A stretch of 63,854 nt of DNA, counting the filler, from Saprolegnia diclina VS20 (lineage: Eukaryota): NCBI RefSeq assembly GCF_000281045.1. It is 4 parts of 2 records of this genome, joined end to end, with 100 filler letters (N's around TTAATTAATTAA, not from the genome) between each part and the next. Parts side by side here need not be neighbours in the genome. Positions count along the whole stretch, not along the records: positions 1 to 14,559 come from NW_008246076.1; 3 more parts are not named here. One strand, given 5' to 3'. The translations under genes and the position numbers were made by a program. The notes beneath the pieces are model-generated. The model worked only from the letters and a program-made list of their open reading frames with translations. It was not told where the DNA came from and ran no database searches. Shown in pieces: positions 1 to 12,080 of the stretch. The first letter of the stretch is position 1. The number at the start of each line of letters is the position of its first letter.

Positions 1-293
1 CCGACCGAGTACGTGTACGCCTTGCCAGACGCCAAGTTGCAAAAGCTGGTCTTGTGCAAGTACGGCGACGTGTAGCTTCCGACGCTGTACGTGCTCGCGA
101 CGGTCTTGACACTCTGGTCACCGAATTTGACGGTGAGGGGCTTGGACTCGGAGCTCGCAAACGAGAGCGAGATGCCGTCGACGCAGTCGCCCGAGATGCC
201 GAGATGCACTTGGCTGACCGACGGCGCGGCGACGACCGACGGAACCGCCAATGCCGAGAGAAGAAGCGTGCGAAGCGAGGATGGAAAGACCAT
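1..293 (-). CDS. Secreted purple acid phosphatase / calcineurin-like phosphoesterase, 5' part (runs off the window)
   Basis: Not in the ORF track. Manual translation from ATG at 293: MVFPSSLRTLLLSALAVPSVVAAPSVSQVHLGISG...YTSPYLHKTSFCNLASGKAYTYSVG. This is a signal peptide followed by the QVHL...SPYLH...L.....YTYSVG pattern of the PAP N-terminal domain. Confidence 0.75.
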   Translation of the reverse strand, partial: MVFPSSLRTLLLSALAVPSVVAAPSVSQVHLGISGDCVDGISLSFASSESKPLTVKFGDQSVKTVASTYSVGSYTSPYLHKTSFCNLASGKAYTYSV

Positions 294-310
294 GGCGAAT
301 TGAAAAGTGA
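294..310 (-). promoter_or_regulatory. Oomycete initiator + FPR-like core promoter
   Basis: Minus strand reads TCACTTTTCAATTCGCC immediately before the ATG, matching the oomycete INR (YCAYTY) plus flanking FPR pattern. Confidence 0.6.
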
Positions 311-1733
311 AAGGACCTATGCCACCAACGCTCGCACCGCGCCAGCGCACCGCTTTGAATCTCAACGTCTGATTTGGGTCATGAGATTCGGCATCTGTTT
401 ACCCAAAGTGCATTTTGGCAACAGATGTGTGCTTCCTAAATGCTGGTAGGTATAATACCTTGATCAGCAATATGATCTGATATCGATGCGTCAACCAAGT
501 GCCTCCGCATCAAATATCCCAGAAACCTGAATCGAACGGCCCAGTTATCCGATACCGAAGCGAATCAGAGGTCTCGATCCACGACTGCTGGATGCTTTGG
601 CAACACCTAACGACGGTATCCACACCAAGGACACTCGAGTAGTAACAGTACAGTACAGTACCAACGCTGCACCTGATACTGTGTGGTACTACGCGATTGC
701 TCGTGGGTGTGCTCCGGTATCAGATGCGGCCTTGTGCATTGAAGCAACATGCAACACAGATGCCGGTTCGTCTGTCGCGTGATCGCTTGGGCTACGGCAA
801 GCTCGGACGCTGTGTGCTATTCGACAGCAACGCTCGGTCGTACGATCACCGCCAGCATGAAAGCGGCGGTCCTCAACGGGTACCGTAAAGTGCGGTTAGA
901 GTGCCTAGGAGCACTAATGGTATCATCGATAGGCCGTCGAAAACGTTGCCCGGGAATCAGACGATCACGCCGAATAAACACATTGCGACCACACGTTGAG
1001 CTTGACAACGGGCAGGAAGATTCCGGCGTCGTGCCACCACACATGTACGACATGGACTGGCGATTCGAATCTCGCTTCAAGCCATTCAAAGCACCACTCG
1101 CACACCAATCATGCGACAAGAAGCATCCGAGAACCTGCGTGGGAGTGTACGGACCTTTCCACCACCAATCTGTGGGTTTCGAGGTCATGACCACTGTCGA
1201 CAACCGGGCACTTGGCCACCGATCGATGAACGCTCGTGACTGCAAGGGCGAAGCTCGTATGGATGCTTGAATTGACGCACTTTGAACGAATATAGGAGAG
1301 TTACCTTGGAGCAAGGGTCAATGCGTCGTCCTGTGAGTCGACTCGGGGAGACGTTTGGCAATCAAAGTACTAGTCTTAACAACATAGTCCGTCGAGTCTG
1401 TAGAGTCGCCTTGTAGCCGACAACGCGGGTGGACAAAGCATGGGCGTAAGGCAGCAACTCTATAGCTACACCTCGAGTGTGAGAATATGCGTCCGTCATC
1501 CTGGTGAACGGACCTGCTGATACATACCGGTGCAAGCGTTCAGGAAGGGTATAGAAGAGATGTAATATCTCTCATATAGCCTTGCTTTCAGCCTCCATGA
1601 CACAATACTCTGTGCAAAGTTGGTGCGCTATGGCCAAGTCGCATTCCGTCGAAAGACAGCAGCCGGTCGTAGCGTGAAGAGCGCAGGTCGTACAGAGAAA
1701 GTGTATGTTGTGTATCATTTTTTAAGTTACTAT

Positions 1734-3728
1734 CTACAGCACGACCGTCTCGACCGAGTAGTCGGGGACCGTGCCCGTCTGGGGAAGGCGCGCGCCCGAG
1801 AGCAGCTGGTCGAGCTCGCCGTGGACGTCGGCCATGAACGTGCACGTGTCGAGGTGCTGGGCCACGAGCGCCTGCGTCTCGCCGACCACACGGTTGATCG
1901 CATCCTGGTGCGTGTCGCTCTCGAGCACGAGGCGCGTGAAATGCACGTCGACGAGCAAGCTCATCCACTCGATGACCGCCGTCAAGTCCGCGTCCTTGCG
2001 CACGTACCACTTCTTGAGCAACGCGAGGAGTGCGAGCACATCTGGCAGCGTCAGCGTCGCCATGGCATTCTGCAAGAAGACATCCGTCTTGGGCAAGATG
2101 ACCACAAGGTGGACAAAGTGATCGACGAGCTGCGCCGGCGTCTTGACGCTAGCGTCCTTGGTGAGCTTCTCGTAGCGCTCGACGCTCGCGGTCGTCGCGT
2201 GACGCAGCACAAACTTGACGATGCGGATGCTGGTGGCTTCGTCAATGTCGGCGAGGCAGCGCAGACTCGTGTCCAGAAGCCCCCACTGCTTGTGCGCGAG
2301 CAAGGTCGGGATGAGCGCCGGCAGCGACCGGCTGCAGAGGTGGCGCGACCGAATGAGCACGCGGAGCTCGCGCCAGAGACCCAGCGACGCCGAGGCAATG
2401 CAGCGAGCCGCGACTTGCGTCACAAAGAGCGGCGAGAGCACGCCCCGAACCTTGTTGCTCTTGCCGTGCTTGAAGACGTACTTGTCAAAGACAGCAGCGA
2501 ACGCGTCGCGCGTCGGCGTCACCGACTCGTTCGTGAGCTGCTCGAGGACCTCCTTTTGCGCGTCGTTGCCGACGAGCATCTGCGCCGGCCACGTTTCGAC
2601 TTCGAGCGCCGGCACAACCGAGGGCACGTCCTTGTTGTCGACCTTGGTCGAGATGAGCACCGTGCTGGTCGTCATGGGCGCCGCGCCCTTGCCGAGCACC
2701 GTCGCCAGCGTCGACGGACGGGCGTGGAACGCCGTGAAGAGAACCGCCTTTTCGTACACGAGCGCGAGGCTGTGCACCGGAAAGGCAAACACACGGAGGA
2801 GGTTGCCGTGCGAGTTGGCCGCGAGCGGGTGCGTCGAGAGGCAGACGCCGTACTTGCTGTCCCAGAGACGCACGTCCGACGTGGACGCGATCGCGACCGT
2901 GTGCGGCGCGGCCTCGCAGGTTTGGTAGGCGACCGCGCTGACCTTGCGGCGCTTCTTGCCGTCGGTGACAGCGAGCGACGTGAGGTCCTTGACGCCGTCG
3001 GCCGACACGCTTTGCCAGAGACCGGACGCCCACAAGAGCGAGAGCGACGCATCCTTGGCGTGGAACGCACCGGACGTCAAGTCGTCGGTCGACGAAAGCG
3101 TGTCCTTGCGGTGCAACACCGCCTTGTTGGTCGTCGTGTCGAGCGTGTAGATGCACACGTTGTACGTCTCGGCCTTGGTCAGAAGCGCCATGTAGAGCTG
3201 CCCGGCGGCGTCGGCGTCAACCGACGCAAAGACCGTCGTGAGCTTTTTGGCCTTGCCTTTCGCTTTGGCCGGCGCAGCCACGAGCGTCGAGAGCGCGCCG
3301 TTGTAGAGGTGGATGCTGCCCCCAACGGTCACAAGGATGACGCCGTCGAGGCGCGGGTGCGTAAAGAGCTGGTGCACCGGGAACGGGAGACCGACCGACG
3401 GCAGGCTCGCGTCGAGCTTGGTGGTTTCGGCCGCCCACGAGATGAGCTCGGTCTTGGCCTTGCCGCGCACTGCATAGTAGATGTACTTCTTGCCGTGCTT
3501 GACGGCCGGGACCGTGATGGCCTGCGCGCTGTCGGGGCGGAAGTCCCAGCTCTGCAGCTGGAGCGCGACGCCGGACGCGTACATGGCCGTGTTGCAGCGC
3601 ACGACCTGGTCCGAGGCCGTCACGAGGAGCTGGCCGCTGGTGCCATGGAGGTAGGTCGCGCCCACGACGGTCGACGCCCCGCGGCTCGACCAGCCGCAAT
3701 TCACTTCGAGCATCTGCGTGGCATCCAT
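1734..3728 (-). CDS. NOL11: Nucleolar protein 11 (NOL11/Utp8-like)
   Basis: Intronless ORF, 664 aa from MDATQ. WD-like N-terminal half, helical C-terminal half (W..L.D.HF), and C-terminal YSVETVVL resembling the NOL11 YSIE.L tail. Confidence 0.7.
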   Translation of the reverse strand: MDATQMLEVNCGWSSRGASTVVGATYLHGTSGQLLVTASDQVVRCNTAMYASGVALQLQSWDFRPDSAQAITVPAVKHGKKYIYYAVRGKAKTELISWAAETTKLDASLPSVGLPFPVHQLFTHPRLDGVILVTVGGSIHLYNGALSTLVAAPAKAKGKAKKLTTVFASVDADAAGQLYMALLTKAETYNVCIYTLDTTTNKAVLHRKDTLSSTDDLTSGAFHAKDASLSLLWASGLWQSVSADGVKDLTSLAVTDGKKRRKVSAVAYQTCEAAPHTVAIASTSDVRLWDSKYGVCLSTHPLAANSHGNLLRVFAFPVHSLALVYEKAVLFTAFHARPSTLATVLGKGAAPMTTSTVLISTKVDNKDVPSVVPALEVETWPAQMLVGNDAQKEVLEQLTNESVTPTRDAFAAVFDKYVFKHGKSNKVRGVLSPLFVTQVAARCIASASLGLWRELRVLIRSRHLCSRSLPALIPTLLAHKQWGLLDTSLRCLADIDEATSIRIVKFVLRHATTASVERYEKLTKDASVKTPAQLVDHFVHLVVILPKTDVFLQNAMATLTLPDVLALLALLKKWYVRKDADLTAVIEWMSLLVDVHFTRLVLESDTHQDAINRVVGETQALVAQHLDTCTFMADVHGELDQLLSGARLPQTGTVPDYSVETVVL

Positions 3729-4798
3729 CGCTTCAAGATCTGATCGAATGGGCTTGGACCAACAGAAGCTGACGGCCAATCGAAGCCGCCGGCCAAACCC
3801 GGAGCAAACCCGGAGGTTCATACACCATTTCATGTGAAACGCCCACAGAACAGCCGGCAAGGCGCAAGCGCTCGTGTCGGCGCTACGGTCGCGACGGCGT
3901 CGTCGATGCTATGTAGTCGCGTGTACTTTGTGTCCAAGCGTCCACCATGGGCGTCCATACACTATCGGTGTCTGTAGTGGGCGCCATCGTGCGAAGGCCT
4001 ACGAGGGGTTGTGGCGTATGTACACTATTTCTTGCAATTTGGCGTCCACCAAAAACAACTTCAAGGCATGGCTGGAGGGCTGGAAGGTGCGTCGATGGCA
4101 TGCTGGATAGAGCGTTGTACTACAAAAGAGCTCGCGCCTCGTCGCTCTTGTGAGCTAGAGCACGACGCCTAGACAGTCCCGTATGAACAGTTCCGAATCA
4201 GCAGTGGCGAAGGTGGCCGTGCACCATCGGGAATCACGCATATAGCATTCGATCAAAATGGCGCTCTGGCTTCACCTTGGTCGGCTTTTCGCGATCCACT
4301 TGATTGCGTGGAAGCGGGAATCGTCGCTACAAGCGTAGTCGACATCGGTGGGCCAATGCAGCAATTTGCTTTTTAACGATTTAAAGAGCAATGCTATCTA
4401 TCTTTGATTCAATATGGCACGCGTTGTGGGCCTGCAACGATGTGACAGCACCTTCTGCTCTGCCCTGCAACGTGTCTTCTATCACTGTGCCAACTATGAG
4501 CGATTCCATTCCAAACGTGATTTTGTCGATCAAGTGGCCGCGGCGTCCAGCTCGGCGATCTTATTTCTGGCACAAAGGTGTATTTGTGGTAAACGCCACA
4601 AATAAAATCGTACTGCGCTCCGGCTGCAAGTCGCCATGCGCCAAGACCATGTCGACCCCGACAGCGGCGCTAGGCCACAGAAAATGCGAAAGAAGGAGGT
4701 GCAAGATGACGTGTCTTAACTGCCCTTTACGTCAGTCGCACAAATGGCTGCAAGAGCAACAAGAACACAAAACACCGGCAAAACCGTGTTGCCAGGGT

Positions 4799-6136
4799 TT
4801 ATACTAACGACGTCTCGGCCGCGGTGTCGGCCGCCGCGCCCTTGGCCTTCTCTTTCCTGGGCTTCTTCTCGTCCGCCGGCGGTGGCGGCGCCCCCGAGGC
4901 TTCTTTTGAGGCATGCGTTGTAAACTTGATGATGAGCGTCGGCGTTGTGATCGGTTCGTCTTCGGGGAGGCGCCGCCCGTCTTCGCCTTCGGCGTACGCA
5001 AAGTTGGCAGCGACCGTCGCCGACACGACGTGGGCAATCTCGCGCACGGTGGCGCCCTTCTTGACGAGCACTGCGTGGCCAAAGACATCGCCTTCGGTCG
5101 TTGTAAAGTTCTTGAGCGACTTGACCGGGTACACGACAACCATGTTGGCCAAGTCGACGGCGGCGTTGATCGCACCGCGGACACCGGTGCTGCCGTGGCG
5201 GAAGAGCACCATGTCCAGTACATGCTCGAGCCGCTTGGCCATCTTGGGCTCAGGTACTTTCAAGGTCGCATCGTCTTCGTGGGTTGTGAAGAACATGTCG
5301 CCCACATCGTACTTGATGAAGCCCTTGGCGTGGAGGTTCCGGAGAAAGCACTCGGAGGCCGCGCTCGCGACAAAGCACTTGTCGCTACCGTACTTTTCAG
5401 CGACGTTGGCAATGTTTTTGTCCGTCTCGGCGCCGACATCGGCCTTATTGAGCACGAGGATCGTCGGGAACCGAATCGCTAAGAACGCGTCGACAAGTGC
5501 GTGCACTTGGGGTTCGCCCCACGCCGTGAGATTGCATGGCTCCTTCGCCATCTCGCCGAGCGCGTTGAGGACGGCGACGACCGTCGACGATGACGCGCCG
5601 TAGCCCGAGAGTTGCTGCTGGAAGGTCGTCCGGAGTGCGGCCTGCGTCGCGTTATGGCGCCGCGCGATCGATGGCCAGCGCTTCCAGAGGTTGTTGTAGA
5701 TCCAGTTGTGGATCTCGGATGTGAGCCAGTCGGCGTCGTTGAGCGGGTTGTACCCGATCGTCGTCTCGCCCTTCTCGTTGGTCGTGCCACTCACGTCCAC
5801 AATGTGCATGAGGACATCGGCGTGCCGAAGGTCGTCAAGGAACTTGTTGCCGAGGCCCGCGCCTTCGGACGCACCTGGAATGAGCCCGGCCACGTCGAGG
5901 AGCTTGACGGGAATGTGGCGCGTGCCGTCAACGCACTGGCCATACTTGGGCGCACACACGGCGGTCTTGCCGCGGGCTTTGCACGGGCACTCGGTCATGT
6001 AGTACGTAATGCCTTCGTTGGGCTCGATGGTCGTGAAGGGGAAGTTGCCGACCTTGGCCTTCCCGTCCGTGACCGCGTTGAAGAACGTCGACTTGCCCGC
6101 CGAGGGCTTGCCGACACATCCGATCACGAGCTCCAT
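4799..6136 (-). CDS. Obg-family GTPase, Ygr210-like subfamily
   Basis: G1 GKPSAGKST, G2 FPFTTIEPN, G3 DVAGL with GLGNKFLDDLR, G4 NKAD. The CPC..C..C insert and TGS-like C-terminus are typical of YGR210C-type proteins. Confidence 0.9.
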   Translation of the reverse strand: MELVIGCVGKPSAGKSTFFNAVTDGKAKVGNFPFTTIEPNEGITYYMTECPCKARGKTAVCAPKYGQCVDGTRHIPVKLLDVAGLIPGASEGAGLGNKFLDDLRHADVLMHIVDVSGTTNEKGETTIGYNPLNDADWLTSEIHNWIYNNLWKRWPSIARRHNATQAALRTTFQQQLSGYGASSSTVVAVLNALGEMAKEPCNLTAWGEPQVHALVDAFLAIRFPTILVLNKADVGAETDKNIANVAEKYGSDKCFVASAASECFLRNLHAKGFIKYDVGDMFFTTHEDDATLKVPEPKMAKRLEHVLDMVLFRHGSTGVRGAINAAVDLANMVVVYPVKSLKNFTTTEGDVFGHAVLVKKGATVREIAHVVSATVAANFAYAEGEDGRRLPEDEPITTPTLIIKFTTHASKEASGAPPPPADEKKPRKEKAKGAAADTAAETSLV

Positions 6137-6291
6137 TGCCACTGAAATCGCACTGGCGGCGGATTCGGCATCGACGAGGGCGGATTCGGCATGAACGAGC
6201 TCTGTTTCGGCATCCGGATAAGGAAGGTGGCATCAATGCCGCCAATAAACACCTTGGGCGTGGCACATGCCGATGCAAGCACGCATTTGCG
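6137..6291. promoter_or_regulatory. Short bidirectional promoter between the GTPase and focadhesin genes
   Basis: 155 bp between divergent ATGs. Contains GCCAAT (~6241) and a tandem 21-bp repeat (6158-6199). Confidence 0.6.
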
Positions 6292-9200
6292 ATGGAGAAG
6301 GAAGCCAAGCAAGTGCTGACGGACGCGCGCAAGGACGCGTCGGGCGAGCGCGCGCTCCTGCGCGTCCTCGACCTGGTGACCAAGACCGAGTCGCTTCCGC
6401 TCTGCCAGCATCTCCTCCTCGGTAGGCGCTCCCATGTCCATGGACGACGTGACAGCGCAGGTAGGCTTGGATGCGATGGCCGAGTCGCCGACGACCTTTT
6501 CCCGGCTGCTCTTGCTGCAGAACGTGAGCCGCATCGCGGCGATCCCCGACTTGTCGGAAGAGAAGGCCGAGTACATTGGCTACACGCTGGGCGGTCTCGC
6601 GCTCGCGGTGACCGACCGGGCGGCCGCCCACAAATCGCTCGCCCGCACGACGCAAGGCCATCCCATGGTGCTTCTCGGCCTCGCCGCCTACATGGAAGAC
6701 GCGTTTACGAGCGTGGAGCCAACGCTCTTCGTCATGTGCTTTCAGTCCCTCGTTGAGCGTGCGCTCGCTGGCCCCACAGGTATGCTCATCAGCAGTCGCT
6801 GGATCTCGGTTCTCATGGCCTGTGCTTGCGTAGCGCTCATCGTCAAGCAAGCCATCACGGCCGCGTGGGTGCGTCTGAGCTGGCGTGCGCTCGAGAGCGG
6901 TGCGATGGACGCTGCGTCGATGCTCGTGCACACTGGCGTCCGCGCCGTGCGCCTCTTGCCGCTCGACTCGACCGAGAACTGCGCGGTCGCCCTTGCCCTA
7001 CTCCGTGGGCTAGCTGACGTCGCGCCGTCATTGAACGACCCGGCGCCGACGCAAAGCCTCATTGCGCTTCTCGTGAGTCTACTGCCGCACGTCACGTCCG
7101 GTAGGTGTGCATGCGACGTTGTCGCCTCTCATATGTGCCGCTTGTAGCATCGACCCGCGGTGGCCTTGGCATGCTCTTGCTTCTCGAGTCGCTTGTCGCT
7201 GCCTCGGACTTTAGCGTTGTCGCTGCCTTGGACGGTCAAGTCTTTGTGCTGCTGGCCTTCTTCCTCGCATCTGTCGAAAGCCCAGTGGAGCAATCGGCCG
7301 TCTTGCGGCTTCTCCGCGTCTGGCTCACCGCTCTCTCGTCCATGCCGACGCGGTCCGTGGTCATCGAAAGCCTCTTTGCGCCCGTGCTAGCGCTCATGAC
7401 GTCGGCGCGTCAGCCCGAAGCGTCAACGGTCTTGGCGCTTCTCCAAAACGTCCAGTTGCTTCCGTGGGCGCCTCGCGCGTCCGCGTGTGAGGAGGCGAGC
7501 CTGCACCCGCAGTACGCTGTGGCCTCGCTGCTCACGGAGCTTGCCACGTCATCGACGCTCGACGGCTGGTTGGCGCAGACGGCCAACGCGCTTGGTTCGT
7601 CGTCGGATCGAGCGTACGACGTGACAGTGGTCCTGGCGGCCGCGACCTTCTTGTTCGAGTCGCGATCGACGATGGTCCTTCCCGCGCTTGCGCTCGCTCG
7701 CGCCTGTGTGGCAACATGGCCGCTTGCTGGGCGGATCCTCGTACCCAGTCTCGTATACGTCCTCTCGCGCGCGACCACTGGCAGCGACACGCAAGCCATT
7801 TTGACGGCGCTCGTGAGCACGGCCCGGGACGCCGAGTGCATGAAGACGCTGCTGCGGACCGTCAAGGCGCTCAGCGCCACGCACCCGTCGACGGCCCTGC
7901 GCGTGCTCTACCAGATTTGGACGCTCGAGTCGCGCGTGTACTCGCGGTATGTGCGCTTGATCGCTCCACGATGTTTGAACCCGCTTTGTGGCATAGACTG
8001 GAGCAGCTCTTGAGTGAGCACCACGAAGAGTCGGACGCCGAGTGGCCGCTCGTGCAGCTCTACACCATCTACCAGCTCTGCGGCGTCCGTGGCGACCTCG
8101 GCCTCAACTTTATCACGACCGTGCAAGCGCGGTTGGAGTCGTCCTTGCCGTCGCTTGCGGCGGTTGCCCTCGGATGCGTCCGGTCGCTGTGCGTCGCCGA
8201 CTGCCTCGACTTTAGCACAGCCTGCAAGATCATTGCGTCCAAGCTCAAGAAGAAAAAGGTACATGGTCGTCGTCGCGATGGCGTGTCGCAGCGGTCTCAT
8301 ACCATTGTGGACAGATTGTCTGCAAGGACCACGTGCTCGTTCAAGTTGAGCTGTGCCACTTGTATGCGGTCGGAGGTTCGATCCTCAGTGACACGCCGAG
8401 TTTTCTGGGGATGCTCTGGGACGCGACGGCCCACGACGACGCCGACGTCCGCCTCGCCGCGTACACGGCTCTGAATGCGTACCCGCTGCACCTCGTCGGG
8501 CTCAAGGCGCGCAGCGACACGATTGGCGATGACCAAGCCGACGAGCAAGCGGTCGAAGCGCAGCTGCAAACCGTGTTGACGGCCTTGGAGACTGAGACGA
8601 GCGACGCGACGCGGACCATGATCACGACGCTCCTGCAGGTACTTTTAGTGTATTTTCTTTGTTTTTACGGGATTTTTCATGATGTTTGGGCTAGCGCGTG
8701 GGCAAGGACGAAGCGACGCAGCCGCGCAAGCGGTTTGTGGCCGAGCGCACGTCGGGTGCAGCGACGCGCGCCATGGCCAACGCGCTGCCCAAGCCGTCGG
8801 CCCTGCTCGAGTCGTACAAGGCGACGATCCCGCTTGGCTTGCGGCAGGCGCTCGGCGGCGCTGTCCTCACCTCGTTTGGCTACGTCCCGCTCCCTTTGGA
8901 CGATGCGATTCGGAAGCGCAAGGAAAAGCATCTCAAGCACTTGGAGAACCTATTGTCGAGTGCGACCGACCTCCTCGCGCAGCTCGAAGACGAAGCCAAG
9001 GCGACGGCCGATGTCCCGCTCTTGTTGGCGCATTTGCATGGCTGGGACAAGTTTCTGCACCATTACATATCGCTTGTCCGCGATAGCGAGGCGCTGCGCG
9101 GCGGCTTGGACGACGGCGACATTGAGTCGCTCCGCCGTGCAGCGCTGCATCTTTTGTCGCGCTGGGAGCCGCTCGTGGGCACCAAGCCCAACGTCGCGAT

Positions 9201-11588
9201 CGCCCTTGGTGTCCTCGCGCGCCTCTTGCCGTCCGAACTCCACGTCCTTGGCGGCCGCATCGTTGAAGTTCTCTTGCGGGCGCTCACCAAGGCCATGCAA
9301 GCACACGCGTCTTCGTCGATTGTCGCCGACGTTGACGGTCCCAGTGCCGCGATCCTCGGTCTCGGTGTCGCACTCCAAGGGGCGCTCAGCATGCACGAGA
9401 CGCGCGTCGACGAAGTAGTCGAGAAGCTTATGGGCATCGCGGTGTCCGAAGCGGCGTTGGCGCCATCGTGTCTCATTGCATTGGGTCATATTCTACCGGC
9501 CATCATGCAGCACGGCGCATCGGCGTCGATCACCGCGCTCTGGCACTGGCTTTTGGAGCAGCTCTTGGTGACGACCCTCGAGAGCTCAAGTGACGTGGAC
9601 AAGGTGCGCACGGCGTTGATGACGCACCCGGCGTCATTGACACTCGTGTCGGTGCAGCGTGACGCGACCGTGGGCCATGCCATCGTGGCGCTCAGTATGG
9701 CCAGCGAGGGTTGCATGGCCGTCGAAGAGCCGTCGTGGCTTCTCGGGCTCTACCATTTGCTGCTTCAACTGGCCGAACACGGAGTCGGTGATGCGTGGAG
9801 CGCTCTGCCCCCGGTTCTGTTGCACTGTGTGACGTTTGAGCTCCTCGGCTGGACCGACGTCGATATGTTTGTGGCCAAATGCCAAGCGGCCGTCGACAAG
9901 GCGGTGCCGCAGGCCCTCGTCGCGCTGCCGTACTTGCTCTGCCGCACGACCGCGCTCGGTCACAGCATCTCGCCCGAGGTGCCCGCTGCGCTCCACGCGC
10001 GTCTCGAAGCCATTGCCTCGGACGCCGGCCGCGAGTTTGATGCGTCGGCGCGGTCGTATGCGACGCTGGCCCTCGCCAACCTCTTGGGCACGGGCCTCGC
10101 GATCGATGGCAAGCCGACCGTCTGGAAAGGTACCTAGGAATTGCACGGAATCTTTAAGGTTCCATCAAAGCACGTAGGCCTGTTGGTCGACAAAACGCAA
10201 GCCGACGCGATCGTGTCGACGCTGCAGCAGCTCTGCGCGCTCTGCCCCGTGCAGCGTGTGCGCGTGCACGCGGCGTGGGCGCTGGGTGCCTTGTCGGCGC
10301 TCACGACGGCGTCCGAGTCGTTCCAGATCAAGTCGCGCGGTTTGTGCTCGCGCCTTATTCGACAAAGTGGCGACACAAATGTCTAGGTCTGGACGCGGGC
10401 TTGCAGCTGCCGACAACGACAGCGACGTACAAGCTCCTCGACAAGCTTCGGCAGTGCAAACACCCGTCGATCTCGGATGCTCACTGGGTCGCAGCGAGCC
10501 TTTGCGTGCTCTCCGTGTGCCACGTACCGACATTTCAATATGCGACGTTGCTCTTGCGATTCTGGAACGCCCGCCTCGGCCCCGATGTTTCGGTCGCGGG
10601 TCTGGCCTTTGCGGTTGGCCACTGCGGCCAAGACCCGTCGCTGTTGAGCTTTCTCTTGGACCTGGCCGAGCTCCCGCGCTTTCGCCCACTTCCGGTGGTC
10701 GTCCAGCTGCGCTACCTGGCCGACATTCCGACTCTTGCCAAGCTCATTGCGCCGCCGCAGCTCGACACGATGTTGTCGCACGTCGTCGCTGCGATGAAGT
10801 CGGCCGAGTATGGCACTGCGCTGGTCTCGGCCCTCGCGGCGTGCAGCTCGGCGTCGACACCGGCCCGTGCGATCGCCGCCACCGTGGTCTCGGACTCGCT
10901 CTTCAAAAGCCTCGTGGCGCTGCACCCGTCGAACGACGTGTGGCGTCACTTGGCCAAAGCCATGGTGGCGCTCGATGCGAAGAAGGGCAAGACTGCGCTC
11001 GTCGCTGCCTCGGAAGCCAAGACTGGTCCGCTGGCGTTGGCCGGCTGCGTCGCGTTGACGTACCTTTTCGAGGCCGGTGGCTGCAGCTCCAAGGACCTCC
11101 AAGCGATCGTGCTCTGGCTGGCTGCGGGCCACCACGCGCGCGCGGACGTCGAGCTCGTCGTCAACCGCACGGCGATGAGCGCGGCAAGCCTTGCTCCGAT
11201 GGACAAGTGGTGGTGGCTCCACAATACGCTGCACTGGATCGGGGTGGGCACCGGTGTAGCGGCCGTCGAAAGCGACGGCTTGTGCCAGCTCCTGAGTGCG
11301 CTCTGCCTTGTGTGGGGCGGCGAGCATGGCAGCAAAGACGTGCTCTTCCTCCACAGCGAGTCGCTGGTGAGTGCGCGTGTGCTGCCGACGGCGTTTGTCG
11401 ACGTCTTTGCGCGCGTCACGTCCGAGCTCCCGATGGCACCGAACGTCGACTTGATGGCGTACGTCCAGCAGCTGTGCGCGGCCGATCGCGGCAGCGTCTG
11501 GAGCCACATGCTGCGCTACGGCTACACGCTCCATGGCGGCGTCCGCCTCGAAGCGAGTACGATGCTCGACACGTTGTGCGACGTCTAG
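6292..11588 (+). CDS. FOCAD: Focadhesin / RST1-like large ARM/HEAT protein (multi-exon)
   Basis: Consecutive ORFs are joined by short GT-AG introns. ALRVLYQIWTLESRVYSRLEQLL and AVALGCVRSLCVADCLDF resemble the focadhesin DUF3730 region. Exon boundaries are inferred. Confidence 0.7.
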
Positions 11589-12080
11589 TCTAGTCGTATC
11601 GAACTAGAAACGTGATATCAGTTGTTGGTCGACTAGCTCGAGGAGTGGAGTACGCGTGCTGGTGATTTGCAGCGCCGATCCTGTCGGCGGCAAGCGAAAG
11701 CGTAAGTGGTGATCCTACCAACTGCACTAGTGCGCGATGGACCATGATACCCTTGCCCCTCGACGCTGCATCGACTCGCCAAGGCCTGCATCAAGCAGCC
11801 TCCCGTCATGACCTCGCTGCCTCGCGACTGGCTTTGTGCAGAGTCTTCAATGCAGAGTGACACAGCCGACGGCAGCACCAGGCTCGAGCCATTCTTGGCC
11901 GCTATATCTTCATCTACCCGCTGTCAACTTGTACCCGAGCGACCACAGTCGGTCATTTCTGCTGTTGTCGACCTGGTTCTGCATGCTGGACATCGACGAT
12001 TGGGCTGCGATCGTCATATCCACGCAACTCGATCACAGAGTACACCAAATCCCAACGACATGTATTGTATCAAGTTGATA

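Noticed and set aside
817..1314. SKPTDWWWKGPY motif resembling a Gypsy integrase C-terminus
   Set aside because: The match is too short and no other retroelement motifs were recognisable nearby.
1620..3743. 707-aa plus-strand ORF, and similar long antisense ORFs (e.g. 34969-36501, 10383-11534)
   Set aside because: These are shadows of real genes on the opposite strand, caused by high-GC3 codon bias. They are Arg-rich and have no motifs.
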